Origin: Pseudomonadales bacterium
Lineage (GTDB): Bacteria > Pseudomonadota > Gammaproteobacteria > Pseudomonadales > Azotimanducaceae
Reading direction: 5' to 3'
DNA length: 64,000 nucleotides
Assembly (NCBI GenBank): GCA_040222775.1
Contig: JAVKCL010000015.1
Location: 162,975-226,974 of the forward strand
In this document: in pieces, positions 1 through 9,100 of the stretch
Layout of the letters: the number at the start of each line of letters is the position of its first letter
Position numbering within the stretch: the first letter of the stretch is position 1
The notes under the pieces: generated by a model
The model's database searches: none
What the model was told of the DNA's origin: nothing
Seen by the model: the letters and a program-made list of their open reading frames with translations, nothing else
Translations under genes and position numbers: made by a program

Positions 1-459
1 TACTTTCTGCCCCAGGCCGTGGTGTCGCTGTGCGTTAACCTGTTGGTTTCGACGCTGGCCGACTATGTGCGCCTGAAGCCGATTCTGATCGTTATGCTGC
101 TGGCGTTTCTCGCCGGCGCCTATGGGCTGACACAGCTGGAAACCGAACTCGGCTACTGGCTGCTGGTGGCAGGGTTTGGTGCTGGAGGGGGATTATGGGG
201 GGTGTTGTCGAACCTGACCTTTGTGCGTATGTACGGCGCTCTGCATCTGGGTGAAATCAGTGGCTTGAATACGGCGGTGACAGTGTTTGCCAGCGCCATC
301 GGCCCGGTGGCCTTCAGTCTGGCACAGGACTACTTCCATACCTTTGAAGCAGCCGCCATTGGCTGCATGGTTGGGTTGTTCGTACTGCTGATCACGGCGC
401 TCTGGCTGCGCCAGCCGCGGGATACGTCACCCCGCGCCAGTGTGGCTAAATCGCCTTAA
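1..459 (+). CDS. MFS transporter, C-terminal part (5' end outside window)
   Basis: Frame is open from base 1 (YFLPQAV...). Several hydrophobic helices, with MFS-like loop segments LADYVRLK and RMYGALHLGEISG. Confidence 0.75.
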   Translation, partial: YFLPQAVVSLCVNLLVSTLADYVRLKPILIVMLLAFLAGAYGLTQLETELGYWLLVAGFGAGGGLWGVLSNLTFVRMYGALHLGEISGLNTAVTVFASAIGPVAFSLAQDYFHTFEAAAIGCMVGLFVLLITALWLRQPRDTSPRASVAKSP

Positions 460-1501
460 ACACATCGGCCCATTCTTCGATGGCGTGCTCATGTCCATGC
501 ACCAGCTGAACGGTGATCTGGTCATAACCCCAGTCACGTAGCGCGCGCAGGCGTTCCAGCAGTTCCTCGCGGGTCCCGCTCATGGTGGTGGCCTGCACCA
601 GTTCCGGAGTGATGTGGGTCTCTTCCGGACGTACGAACATCAGATGGCCGCGGTGATTGGTCAGGTAGCGGGCATCGGCGGGTTGGTAGGTTTCGTGTAC
701 CGCCAGATATTCGCTCAACAGGTTGCTTAACGGGCCCTGGGGCAGGTTCTGGCCGCCCATAGCGCCTACTTCGTCGGCCAGGTTGTGAAACATCACCGCG
801 GTCAGCGGTGCTGCCTGAGCCATCAGTTTGGTTTGATTCTCACTTTCATCCGAGCCCAACACAGCGCCTAGGAAAAACAGGTTAGCCTTCAGCTCCTCTG
901 GCGAATGACCTGCCTGCTGCCAGGCGACCTGCATCTCCTGCAGGCTTTCCTGCGCCCCCTGGGCGCCGAAGTTCAGCCAGCCCGCGTTCAGTTCTGCCGC
1001 CAACTGTTTACCCTTGGGTCCGAAGGCAGAGAGCCACAAGGGCACCGGGTCTTCCACATTGATCAGGCCGAGGTCCGGATTGAGAAACTGAATTTTGCGG
1101 CTTTGTGCTTCAAAGTCCCATTCGATCTGTTGTCCCTTGAGGAGCGCCTGTACGCGTTCGATATAGCGTCGGGTGCTGGCCAGATTGATGGCACCCAGCC
1201 CCATGGTACGTCTGGCCGTGAAGCCGGTGCCGACACCAAAATCGATGCGCCCGGGTGCCAGTCTGTTAAGGGATGCGAATGCATTGGCTGCCACCGGTTC
1301 GATGCGGTTGGAAGGCACCAGTACACCGGTGCCGAGGCGGATTTTTTCGGTCTCGTGAGCAGCCAGGGCCATACAAACAAAAACATCGGGGTTTAAAAGC
1401 TGGGTGTCGTAGAACCATGCAGCATGGAAGCCCAGGTCCTCTGCTTTCTTCGCCCAGCGCCAGGAATCGACCTCGGATGCAAATGCGACGGAGTATTTCA
1501 T
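446..1501 (-). CDS. LLM-class (luciferase-like) flavin-dependent oxidoreductase
   Basis: AEDLGFHAAWFYD, TEKIRLGTGV, LAPGRIDFGVGTG and PVPLWLSAFGPK are typical of LLM TIM barrels. Confidence 0.85.
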   Translation of the reverse strand: MKYSVAFASEVDSWRWAKKAEDLGFHAAWFYDTQLLNPDVFVCMALAAHETEKIRLGTGVLVPSNRIEPVAANAFASLNRLAPGRIDFGVGTGFTARRTMGLGAINLASTRRYIERVQALLKGQQIEWDFEAQSRKIQFLNPDLGLINVEDPVPLWLSAFGPKGKQLAAELNAGWLNFGAQGAQESLQEMQVAWQQAGHSPEELKANLFFLGAVLGSDESENQTKLMAQAAPLTAVMFHNLADEVGAMGGQNLPQGPLSNLLSEYLAVHETYQPADARYLTNHRGHLMFVRPEETHITPELVQATTMSGTREELLERLRALRDWGYDQITVQLVHGHEHAIEEWADVFKAI

Positions 1502-1631
1502 TGAGCTGATGTCCTTTGTTCGTCTTGATTTCTGCGATTTCAGATTGCAGGTATGTTCCGCATCCTCAACTTCGATGGTAGGGTGTTGGCGGTATACTGC
1601 AACTCAAATAGCTTCACAGGCGGGGTGAGTG

Positions 1632-2993
1632 ATGAAACGAAGAACCTTACTGAAAGGGGGTGCGGTAGCACCATGGCTGGCACCCCTGGCATTGAGCGCA
1701 TGCTCGGGTAGCGCGGAAAATCGCTACCTCAGTGCCAACTTTGCGCCGGTGGAAGTGGAATCCACCCTGACCGATCTGCAGGTAACCGGCACCATACCCG
1801 AGGATCTGATCGGTCGTTTTCTACGCAATGGACCGAATCCCAGATCGGCTGATCAGGGCAGCTATCACTGGTTTACCGGTGAAGGCATGGTGCATGGTCT
1901 GCGGCTCAACGATGGTCGGGCTGAGTGGTATCGCAATCGCTATGTTGGGGGCAGTGCCGCCAATACCAATGTTATCGGGCATGCGGGCCGCACCATGGCG
2001 ATTGTTGAGTCCGGTAGTCTGCCGCAGGACTTAAGTTATACGTTAGAGACTGTTGGTAACAACACGTCCATCGGCACCGGTTATTCAGCCCATCCAAAAA
2101 TCGATCCGGATACCGGCGAGCTGCATGCCATGTGCTACGACTGGGCCAATCTGCGTGATCACGTGCGCTACGTCGTGGTTGATGCCAAGGGTGAGTGGCT
2201 GGAAGAAACCGAGATCCCGCTGCCTGGTATGCCGATGATCCATGACATGAGTCTGACCGAAAACTACGCCGTTATTTTCGACCTGCCGGTCACCCTGTCA
2301 TTTCTCGCCCTGGGGACCGGGGCCAGTTTCCCGTTTCGCTGGGACCAGGATTACGAACCTCGCGTCGGTCTGCTGCCCCGTGGCGGCGATGCCCAGGAGA
2401 TTGTCTGGCGCTCGGTCAGTCCGAACTACGCCTATCACCCGATGAATGCCTACGAAGACGCAGATGGCGACGTGGTGATCGATATCGTTCGCTACGACAA
2501 GATGTTTGCCGACGACATACTCGGGCCATTTGGCGACAGCCTGGCGCGCCTGGACCGCTGGACCATCAATCCCGACGGGGACAGTGGTCGGGTCAGAGAA
2601 GAAATCGTCGACGCACGGGGGCTGGAATTTCCCCGTTGTCACCCGGATCTGAACGGTAAACCCTATCGCTATGGCTACACCGTGGCGGTGGAGAACTATG
2701 GCTTTCCCGCCATCTACAAGCACGATATGCGTACCGGTGAGGCCCAACAGTTCGATGTGGGTGCAGGACGCCATGCAGCAGAACCGGTGTTTGTGCCCGG
2801 AGCCGGCGCACAGGTCGAAGACGATGGTTACCTCATGACCTATGTCTATGATGAAGCCAACAAAACCACAGACCTTGTTATTCTGGATGCCCAGGATTTC
2901 TCCCGTCCAGCACTGGCCAAGGTGCATCTACCCGTGCGTGTGCCGTACGGTTTTCACGGCAACTGGGTACCGGACAGCGTCGTCAGCGCTTAG
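1632..2993 (+). CDS. Carotenoid oxygenase (RPE65/lignostilbene dioxygenase) family protein with Tat-lipoprotein signal
   Basis: GRFLRNGPNP, HWFTGEGMVH, SAHPKIDP, MIHDM, YHPMNAYE, EFPR, EPVFVP and VPYGFHGNW supply the four-His Fe centre. N-terminus KRRTLLK...LSAC. Confidence 0.9.
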   Translation: MKRRTLLKGGAVAPWLAPLALSACSGSAENRYLSANFAPVEVESTLTDLQVTGTIPEDLIGRFLRNGPNPRSADQGSYHWFTGEGMVHGLRLNDGRAEWYRNRYVGGSAANTNVIGHAGRTMAIVESGSLPQDLSYTLETVGNNTSIGTGYSAHPKIDPDTGELHAMCYDWANLRDHVRYVVVDAKGEWLEETEIPLPGMPMIHDMSLTENYAVIFDLPVTLSFLALGTGASFPFRWDQDYEPRVGLLPRGGDAQEIVWRSVSPNYAYHPMNAYEDADGDVVIDIVRYDKMFADDILGPFGDSLARLDRWTINPDGDSGRVREEIVDARGLEFPRCHPDLNGKPYRYGYTVAVENYGFPAIYKHDMRTGEAQQFDVGAGRHAAEPVFVPGAGAQVEDDGYLMTYVYDEANKTTDLVILDAQDFSRPALAKVHLPVRVPYGFHGNWVPDSVVSA

Positions 2994-3823
2994 CGGTCGG
3001 GTTTGCCATAGTCGGTTACGCCATAGTCGGGTACGCCATAAATTGTGGCGTTAACCCTCGGGTCGCCCACCACACCCGGACGGAATTCGTAGACGAATAC
3101 GCCCATGATGCGCGTCTGTTCGCCCTCGACGCGGGTGACGCGATGCAGCGAGTGGGTGCCTTTAAACAGACATAAGTCACCCGGCTGAAGGTCGAGCCGG
3201 ACAACACCGTCTACCTGCTCGCCGGTCAGTACCTGCCTGACCTGTGCGTAGTTCTGATCATCCTGACTGCGGGTATGGGGTGCCATTTCAAAAACACCAC
3301 CCATCTGTGCAGGTTGCAGCATCAGCGTCATGGTGAAGGAATTATCCTCGTCAAAGTGCCAGGCCGACTCATCGCCCGGGCGATAACAGACGTAGTTGGC
3401 TGGTTGATAAGGGTCTTCGTTGGGGAACAGTTCTCCTTGATTGACAATGCTCTCCACCAGAGTGCGTACGCCCGGAGACTGATAGAACTGTTTCAGCACG
3501 GAATTTTCCGCCAGCTGGGCGTAAGAGATCATATGCACGCTGGAGCGGTCCTGCAGATTTCTCGGGTGCTCGTCTGGTAGAGCGGGATCGAGTTCGCGGT
3601 GCAGGTAGCAATTACGCCAGGCATTGTTGTGATGGGAACTGCTCTCCAGTGACTGCGCTTCGTCGACCATGGCGTGCAGAGCCTGGTCGGTGACGAAGTT
3701 GGGAATCACACAGTACAGATCGGACGCCAGCGCCCGTCGCCAGGTCGCCAGCTGTGGATGTGTCTCGCCCGGCTCGGCGAGTAGCGGATATGGGTCAAGA
3801 TTGAGGAGTTCGCTCGGTTGCAT
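2990..3823 (-). CDS. 2OG-Fe(II) oxygenase, HalD/BesD-like; HxD motif suggests a hydroxylase
   Basis: WHFD...GDLCLFKGTHSLHRVTRVEG...R gives the HxD...H facial triad and the 2OG-binding Arg. Confidence 0.75.
   Translation of the reverse strand: MQPSELLNLDPYPLLAEPGETHPQLATWRRALASDLYCVIPNFVTDQALHAMVDEAQSLESSSHHNNAWRNCYLHRELDPALPDEHPRNLQDRSSVHMISYAQLAENSVLKQFYQSPGVRTLVESIVNQGELFPNEDPYQPANYVCYRPGDESAWHFDEDNSFTMTLMLQPAQMGGVFEMAPHTRSQDDQNYAQVRQVLTGEQVDGVVRLDLQPGDLCLFKGTHSLHRVTRVEGEQTRIMGVFVYEFRPGVVGDPRVNATIYGVPDYGVTDYGKPDR
2996..3040. repeat. About three copies of a 15-bp tandem repeat encoding the C-terminal YGVPD-YGVTD-YGKPD
   Basis: gccatagtcggttac (3005-3019), gccatagtcgggtac (3020-3034) and partial flanking copies. 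Confidence 0.8.
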
Positions 3824-3963
3824 AGATTTCTTTTATCGCCCTGGAACGCTGGTTGTACGGCAATCCTGCGGTGTTGAAAACCCCTTGTCAGCCACTTGCG
3901 ATACGTAAACTCTACTGACATCCCCTGTCAGCAGCGCCTTGGTATGCTGGACGCAGTTACGCT

Positions 3964-3993
3964 TACCAATACCAATACCAATACCAATACCAA
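3964..3993. repeat. (TACCAA)5 perfect hexamer repeat
   Basis: Five exact copies directly upstream of the RBS/ATG at 4004. Confidence 0.95.
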
Positions 3994-4003
3994 GAGAAAG
4001 GCA

Positions 4004-4384
4004 ATGACCATGGACACGATGACAGTAGCAAACAGACTGGTGGAACTGACCACTGCAGATAACGATGCACAGGCGCTGGACGAATTGTATGCAGAGGATG
4101 TTGTGAGTATTGAAGCGGGTACGCCTGAGGGCGAACCGCAGACGTTTACCGGTCTGGCTGCGGTACGGGAAAAGCATGCCTGGTGGAACAGCGTAGCAAC
4201 CCTGCATGACACCACTGCGGAAGGCCCTTATGCCGGCACGGGCTCAGACCAGTTCGTGGTCAAGTTCTGGATGGATGTCACCATGGCAGAGCAGGGTCGT
4301 TCGCAGATGACCGAAGTGGGCGTCTTTACCGTAGCTGATGGCAAAATCGTGCGTGAGGTTTATCTACCCTTGCTCGGCGGCTGA
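4004..4384 (+). CDS. SnoaL-like / NTF2 family protein
   Basis: ELYAEDVVSIEA, GLAAVREKHAWW and EVGVFTVADGKIVREVY. The ATG at 4004 follows a purine-rich gagaaagg. Confidence 0.85.
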   Translation: MTMDTMTVANRLVELTTADNDAQALDELYAEDVVSIEAGTPEGEPQTFTGLAAVREKHAWWNSVATLHDTTAEGPYAGTGSDQFVVKFWMDVTMAEQGRSQMTEVGVFTVADGKIVREVYLPLLGG

Positions 4385-4430
4385 CGGAAAGCGCTACAAT
4401 CAGCCTTCTTAAGTATCTGTGGGAGGGGAG

Positions 4431-5006
4431 ATGGCTGGAATACTGAACAGGCTGGTGTGGCTGAGTTTTGTCTTGTGTCTGACCTCGGTGGCCACGGCCG
4501 CCGACAAAGAGGACGAAGCGGCCCCGGTGGCGGTTAGAAATGCTGTCGCGCAGTCGGGCGAACCGGTCACCACCATGCGTCGCTGGAAAATAAAGAAAGG
4601 CGGGTTTGACGAGTTTCTCGCTGCCAGCCAGCGGGGCGTGTGGCCCTATTTCGAGAAGATCGGCGCGCGCGTGGTGGGCATGTGGCAGGTCATGACGGTG
4701 GAACCCGCCGACCAGGCGGGTGGCATGTCCAATGCGGGGTATGTGGTGCGCGCAGACAACGGCAAAGACTACGACGAAGTCATCCTGGTGACCCGTTACG
4801 CCAGCCTGGATCACTGGCAGGCCACCCGGCACGCGGCCAGCCTGGGCGGCAATGGGCCCGATTATGAGGCACTGATGCAGGCTCTGGCAGTGCGACGCGC
4901 GTTGACCATCGATACCGAGCTTACCTTTCTATCCGGCTTTAACGGACCCAATGGGCCGTACTATCTGCCGGGTACGGGCGAAGTCTTCAAACCTGTGAGC
5001 CAGTAA
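4431..5006 (+). CDS. Secreted NIPSNAP-like (dimeric alpha-beta barrel) protein
   Basis: Signal peptide ending SVATA. Segments WPYFEKIGARVVGMW and DEVILVTRYASLDHWQATR. GGAGGGGAG RBS. Confidence 0.6.
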   Translation: MAGILNRLVWLSFVLCLTSVATAADKEDEAAPVAVRNAVAQSGEPVTTMRRWKIKKGGFDEFLAASQRGVWPYFEKIGARVVGMWQVMTVEPADQAGGMSNAGYVVRADNGKDYDEVILVTRYASLDHWQATRHAASLGGNGPDYEALMQALAVRRALTIDTELTFLSGFNGPNGPYYLPGTGEVFKPVSQ

Positions 5007-5015
5007 ACGGAGACG

Positions 5016-8000
5016 TTATTCGCGGGTAACTTCGTCCCAGTAGACGATGCCGTCGTGGCCTCGATAACTGCCGAAGGTCTGGCGTTCCGCGGGACTGGTG
5101 AGTCCTGTGCCGAACCAGTCAAACTGCAGCCAGCCCGGTGCGGCGATTTCGACCAGCACGCTGCCGTCGTTGCCGGCTCCGGGTGCGCTCAACAGCAGCA
5201 CCGGATCGGGTGCTCCGCCCACCAGCGGCTGGTTGCTCGCCGGTTGAGTGGGTAGCGTTTCACCCGCGCTAAGATTGCCTTGATAAGCCGACAGCGAAAC
5301 CAGGGTGATGTCATAGGGCGTGCAGTTATCCAGGGTGTTGGTGCGAAAGCCCAGGCCATCCCAGTATTCCGCCAACAGCGGTAAATCCAGGTCAGCAAAC
5401 TCCGGCGCGCTGCCGGCACCCAGACTGAGACGACCATGTCTAACTCGACTTGGCGGACCCACCGCATGTGCCGTGCAAGTGCCGCTGAGCAGGCAATCGC
5501 CGCTGCTGCCAGCGTTCATATCCAGATCGAGCAGCAGCCGCGCATCGGTCGGGTCGAGTACGCGTGCGCCCAGTTGCAGGTTGGAGAATGGACCGTCCGG
5601 CGCGACGGCACGACTGAACTGCGCATCGGTCTGACTCACCTGATAGCGCCCGGCCACCCAGTCCGCCGGATCGACCACCAGACGCGCGCCCAGATCAATG
5701 CCGCCATCGTTGTCTTCGGCCGCCATCAGCACCTGGGCCAGTGGCAAGCTGCCAAACAGGGTCGCATCATAGTTGTGCACACGATTGCCCAGCGCGTTGT
5801 TGGCCGCCAGTTCCATGCTGATGCTGAGTGCGTTCTGACCTGCGTAGGTGAAACCATTGCAGGCCGCGACCACATCGTCGTCGATCATTTCGAAGTGGTC
5901 CACGTAGAATCGTCCCACGTTACCACTCGCCACTTCATCCACGGGGCCACTGCCGAGGTAGTCGTTGTCGGCCACTTGGGCACTCAGAGAGATGATCCCC
6001 ACCTCGTCGAAGATGATGCTGGTCGAGGTAAATTCACCCGCGCCGCTGCGGGCGAAGGCTGTGCCGTTCAATATATCTCCGCTACTGCCATTGCGTCCGC
6101 CGGCTGGGGCAAGCAGGCCGTTGCTGAATAGCCGAATGGTCTCTGGTGCGCTTTCCAGACCAAAGTTGGGTGTGATGTCGTGATCTGCATCGCGCGCGGT
6201 GACCACCACTCGAAAAGCTTCGCCACTGGGGACGAAGGGGTCTGTGTTGAGACTGGTCGCCCCCGGATTTGGTGTGCCGCCTGCGCTGGTGACAGAGGTA
6301 ATGTGCAGATAGTCCGGTTGCACGACAAAGGTATTGCTGGCCCCATTGATTGCGGGTGTCTGTGACAGCGCGTCGCTGACCTGCAGACTGATGGCGCCTG
6401 CGTCCTTATAACGCATAGTGACAGCCGCCTGACCGGCGCTGAAGGTGACGGTTTGTGGTGTGGCGCCAGCGGCATTGTCGGCAATCGAGTTACTGTCAAT
6501 GCTGGCCGCGATGCTGCCCGAGGCGGGATCCGAGCGCGACAGCCAGAACGCCAGGTTTCTGGTGCCGGTGTAAGACTCGATCACGCCACAGACCGGATCA
6601 TCCGGCGTCGTACCATAAACGGACAGATGCACGGGAAAATCGTAACCCGCCTGCTGGGTGGTGATGGGATCCACGATCGGACTGGGTGGTGGATTGGACA
6701 GTGGATTTGCGGTGACGGTGAAGCCGGTTGAAGCGAACGTCAGTGTGCCTTCCGTGTCGTCGTCTGTGATGGATGGGTTAGCTGTCAGTGAAACGGCGAT
6801 ATTCAGCGTGGGTGTGCCTTGACGGTAGTCCAGGGCAAACACGGCCTCACCGGCGTCGACCAAGGAGAACTGATAGGTGGCCAGGCCATCATCGAGGGTA
6901 GCATCCACCAGCGTGCCGGAGCCGGTAACCAGCGTCCAACTGCCACGCCCGGATTGGGTATCCAGGGTGATTTGCTGACTGGCCCCGGTCAGCGGATTAC
7001 CGGCGGCATCCAGCATCCTTACCGTGACCGGTTCCGGCGTACAGTGAATGCCCGCGCCGTCGTGTTCAATGCGGATCAGACCCAGGCCAGTGGTCGGGCA
7101 GGCACGTGGGGTGCCGTCCCAGTTGTTACCCGCGCGCTGATTGTTGTAGATGGTCTGTACTTCAGCAGCATTCAGGACGGTATCGAAAATCACCACTTCG
7201 TCCAACGTGCCGCGCAGGTATTCAGGGGTTAATCCGGTATCTTCGATGCGTCCGAGACTCGAAAAACCGTTACCGATCTGTCCGCTGGCGTCGGTATCAC
7301 TGTTTTCCAGCACCCCATCCACGTAAGTATTCAGATTGCCGGTAGCGGCATCCCGGGTGAGCACAACGTGGTGCCAGTTGCTATCGTTGATGGGAGTGGT
7401 GGAAAAACTGGGGTTGGTGTCACCGGTAGCCAGACTGATGGTGCCGGCGGCGCGAATGTAGCCCCAGAAGATGTCATCAATGCCGCCATTCTCCTCGATG
7501 CCGGTAACCCCGGGGGCCAGCCACGCAGTATTGGTACCTCCCTGATCGGTCAGCAGCCAGAAGGACAGGGAGGCGGTATCCCGCAGGTGGCTATCGATGC
7601 CGGGTACGTCGACGTAGTCGTTTAATCCGTCGAAGCTGCCTGCGCGACAGATCTGCCCGCCACTTACTGTGTCAGCCCCGCCAATGGCCTGACCTGGCAG
7701 CTGACCGTATTCATCCGCGACGGCATTCAGCCCCAGCCAGCTGACCTCATCGAAGCGCCATTCAGCTACGGCGCTGGGTGCGCAAGTGGGCTGATAGGTG
7801 ATCACTACATCGTCAACGTACAAGCCGCTGGTGGCGTTATTACCGTCGCTGATGAAGCGGATCTGAGTATCGGCGGTCGCATAGCTAGAGATGTCGAAGG
7901 ATTGAGCGGTCCCACTGAAGCTGGTCTGATTGATTCGATAGCTGGTCAGCGTAGTCCAGGTGCTGCCGCCGTCCGCTGTGATCTCGAGATCGACGGTTTG

Positions 8001-8708
8001 CGAGCCTCGGCTGTGGCCGGTGCGGTACACGAATGACAGCGTGGCCGCGGTCGCACCTGCCAGATCTACCGCGCGGCGTGCCCCCCGGCCATTGTAGGAA
8101 GACCGGTTTGGATCGCCGATTCGCAGGCAGTTGCCGGCGCTGCAATTTGAATTGTTGACCCGCGCAATGCCCGCCGATGGTCCGTCGGACTCGCCAATTT
8201 CTATCCAATCTGACAGCCAGGTTTGAGAGCCGGAATTCTGTGTATAAGAAACGCTGGCGAAATCGTCTGCCACGGATTGCTGGCTACAGGTGGCGGCTGC
8301 CACGATTTGCCAGTCGGCCTCAAAGCCGCGCGCCCTGGTTCGACCATCTGTCTCTCCCACAATCAGCATGTTGCCGCTCGTTGCGGTAACAGTGGGCGGC
8401 AACGAAGTGCCCGTAAAACTGCCCAGCAGTGGCGCCGCAGTGGAGGTGCCATCGTAGATACGCAGGAAATCATCGTTGGCTTCCATGTCGAATGACACAA
8501 AGGTGAGCGTGATCTCCTCGCCGCCAGAAGCCTGTATGTTGAAGGTGCAGAATTCGTTATTGCGATAGCGTCCGTTGCCACCTGAATCAGTGAGCGTACC
8601 GGCGCTGGCAGCGCTCGATGAATCGCTACACAAACGCTCAGCCTGGGCGACGTTAGCCCATAACAGAACAATGACAGCCGCCAGCCAGATGGGGTAACAG
8701 CGCATCAT
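5016..8708 (-). CDS. MshQ-like DUF6701 pilus-associated adhesin with CUB and LamG domains
   Basis: Signal peptide, then a CUB domain (YRNNEFCTFNI...DFLRIYDG...GFEADW) and a LamG domain (WHHVVLTRD...YVDGVL...GTLDEVVIF). The C-terminus (VGRFY, RHGRL, WLQFDW, FGSYRGHDGIVYWDE) is typical of DUF6701. Follows mshP. Confidence 0.8.
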   Translation of the reverse strand: MMRCYPIWLAAVIVLLWANVAQAERLCSDSSSAASAGTLTDSGGNGRYRNNEFCTFNIQASGGEEITLTFVSFDMEANDDFLRIYDGTSTAAPLLGSFTGTSLPPTVTATSGNMLIVGETDGRTRARGFEADWQIVAAATCSQQSVADDFASVSYTQNSGSQTWLSDWIEIGESDGPSAGIARVNNSNCSAGNCLRIGDPNRSSYNGRGARRAVDLAGATAATLSFVYRTGHSRGSQTVDLEITADGGSTWTTLTSYRINQTSFSGTAQSFDISSYATADTQIRFISDGNNATSGLYVDDVVITYQPTCAPSAVAEWRFDEVSWLGLNAVADEYGQLPGQAIGGADTVSGGQICRAGSFDGLNDYVDVPGIDSHLRDTASLSFWLLTDQGGTNTAWLAPGVTGIEENGGIDDIFWGYIRAAGTISLATGDTNPSFSTTPINDSNWHHVVLTRDAATGNLNTYVDGVLENSDTDASGQIGNGFSSLGRIEDTGLTPEYLRGTLDEVVIFDTVLNAAEVQTIYNNQRAGNNWDGTPRACPTTGLGLIRIEHDGAGIHCTPEPVTVRMLDAAGNPLTGASQQITLDTQSGRGSWTLVTGSGTLVDATLDDGLATYQFSLVDAGEAVFALDYRQGTPTLNIAVSLTANPSITDDDTEGTLTFASTGFTVTANPLSNPPPSPIVDPITTQQAGYDFPVHLSVYGTTPDDPVCGVIESYTGTRNLAFWLSRSDPASGSIAASIDSNSIADNAAGATPQTVTFSAGQAAVTMRYKDAGAISLQVSDALSQTPAINGASNTFVVQPDYLHITSVTSAGGTPNPGATSLNTDPFVPSGEAFRVVVTARDADHDITPNFGLESAPETIRLFSNGLLAPAGGRNGSSGDILNGTAFARSGAGEFTSTSIIFDEVGIISLSAQVADNDYLGSGPVDEVASGNVGRFYVDHFEMIDDDVVAACNGFTYAGQNALSISMELAANNALGNRVHNYDATLFGSLPLAQVLMAAEDNDGGIDLGARLVVDPADWVAGRYQVSQTDAQFSRAVAPDGPFSNLQLGARVLDPTDARLLLDLDMNAGSSGDCLLSGTCTAHAVGPPSRVRHGRLSLGAGSAPEFADLDLPLLAEYWDGLGFRTNTLDNCTPYDITLVSLSAYQGNLSAGETLPTQPASNQPLVGGAPDPVLLLSAPGAGNDGSVLVEIAAPGWLQFDWFGTGLTSPAERQTFGSYRGHDGIVYWDEVTRE

Positions 8709-9100
8709 GCTTCCTTCAGCCGCAGCAGAATGGTGCGTTGGGCAGCGACATTACCGCCGTCCTGACAGATGCCCTCACTCTGGATAGTGAAATAACGCCG
8801 ACCTTCGACCAGCTCTACCCGGCAACTCAGCCGCGCCTGACAGGCGGGCAGGTTGAAGTTGTCCAGCGCCACGGTGCGATTGCTGCAGTTGGCCACGCCT
8901 GTCGGCGGCAGCACCGCGTGTGCACCCAGTTGGGCGCCGGTTTCAGCCGCCAGCAGTGCGTTCAGTCGGTGAATATCGGCAGTTCCGGCCTGGGCGCTGG
9001 TGGCCACGCTGCGGGTCAGCGCTACCGTCAGCAGCGCAATGACCGTGATGAAAAAAATCGCCCCGATCAGACTGATGCCCTGTTGCGGTCGACGGCTCAT
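8705..9100 (-). CDS. mshP: MSHA biogenesis protein MshP-like (PilX-type minor pilin)
   Basis: QQGISLIGAIFFITVIALL prepilin-like leader without E5, ALLAAETG, and position after mshO. Confidence 0.7.
   Translation of the reverse strand: MSRRPQQGISLIGAIFFITVIALLTVALTRSVATSAQAGTADIHRLNALLAAETGAQLGAHAVLPPTGVANCSNRTVALDNFNLPACQARLSCRVELVEGRRYFTIQSEGICQDGGNVAAQRTILLRLKEA

Noticed and set aside
3896-4003. N-terminal TNTNTNTNT extension of the SnoaL protein
   Set aside because: It comes from translating the TACCAA repeat; the RBS and domain start point to the ATG at 4004.
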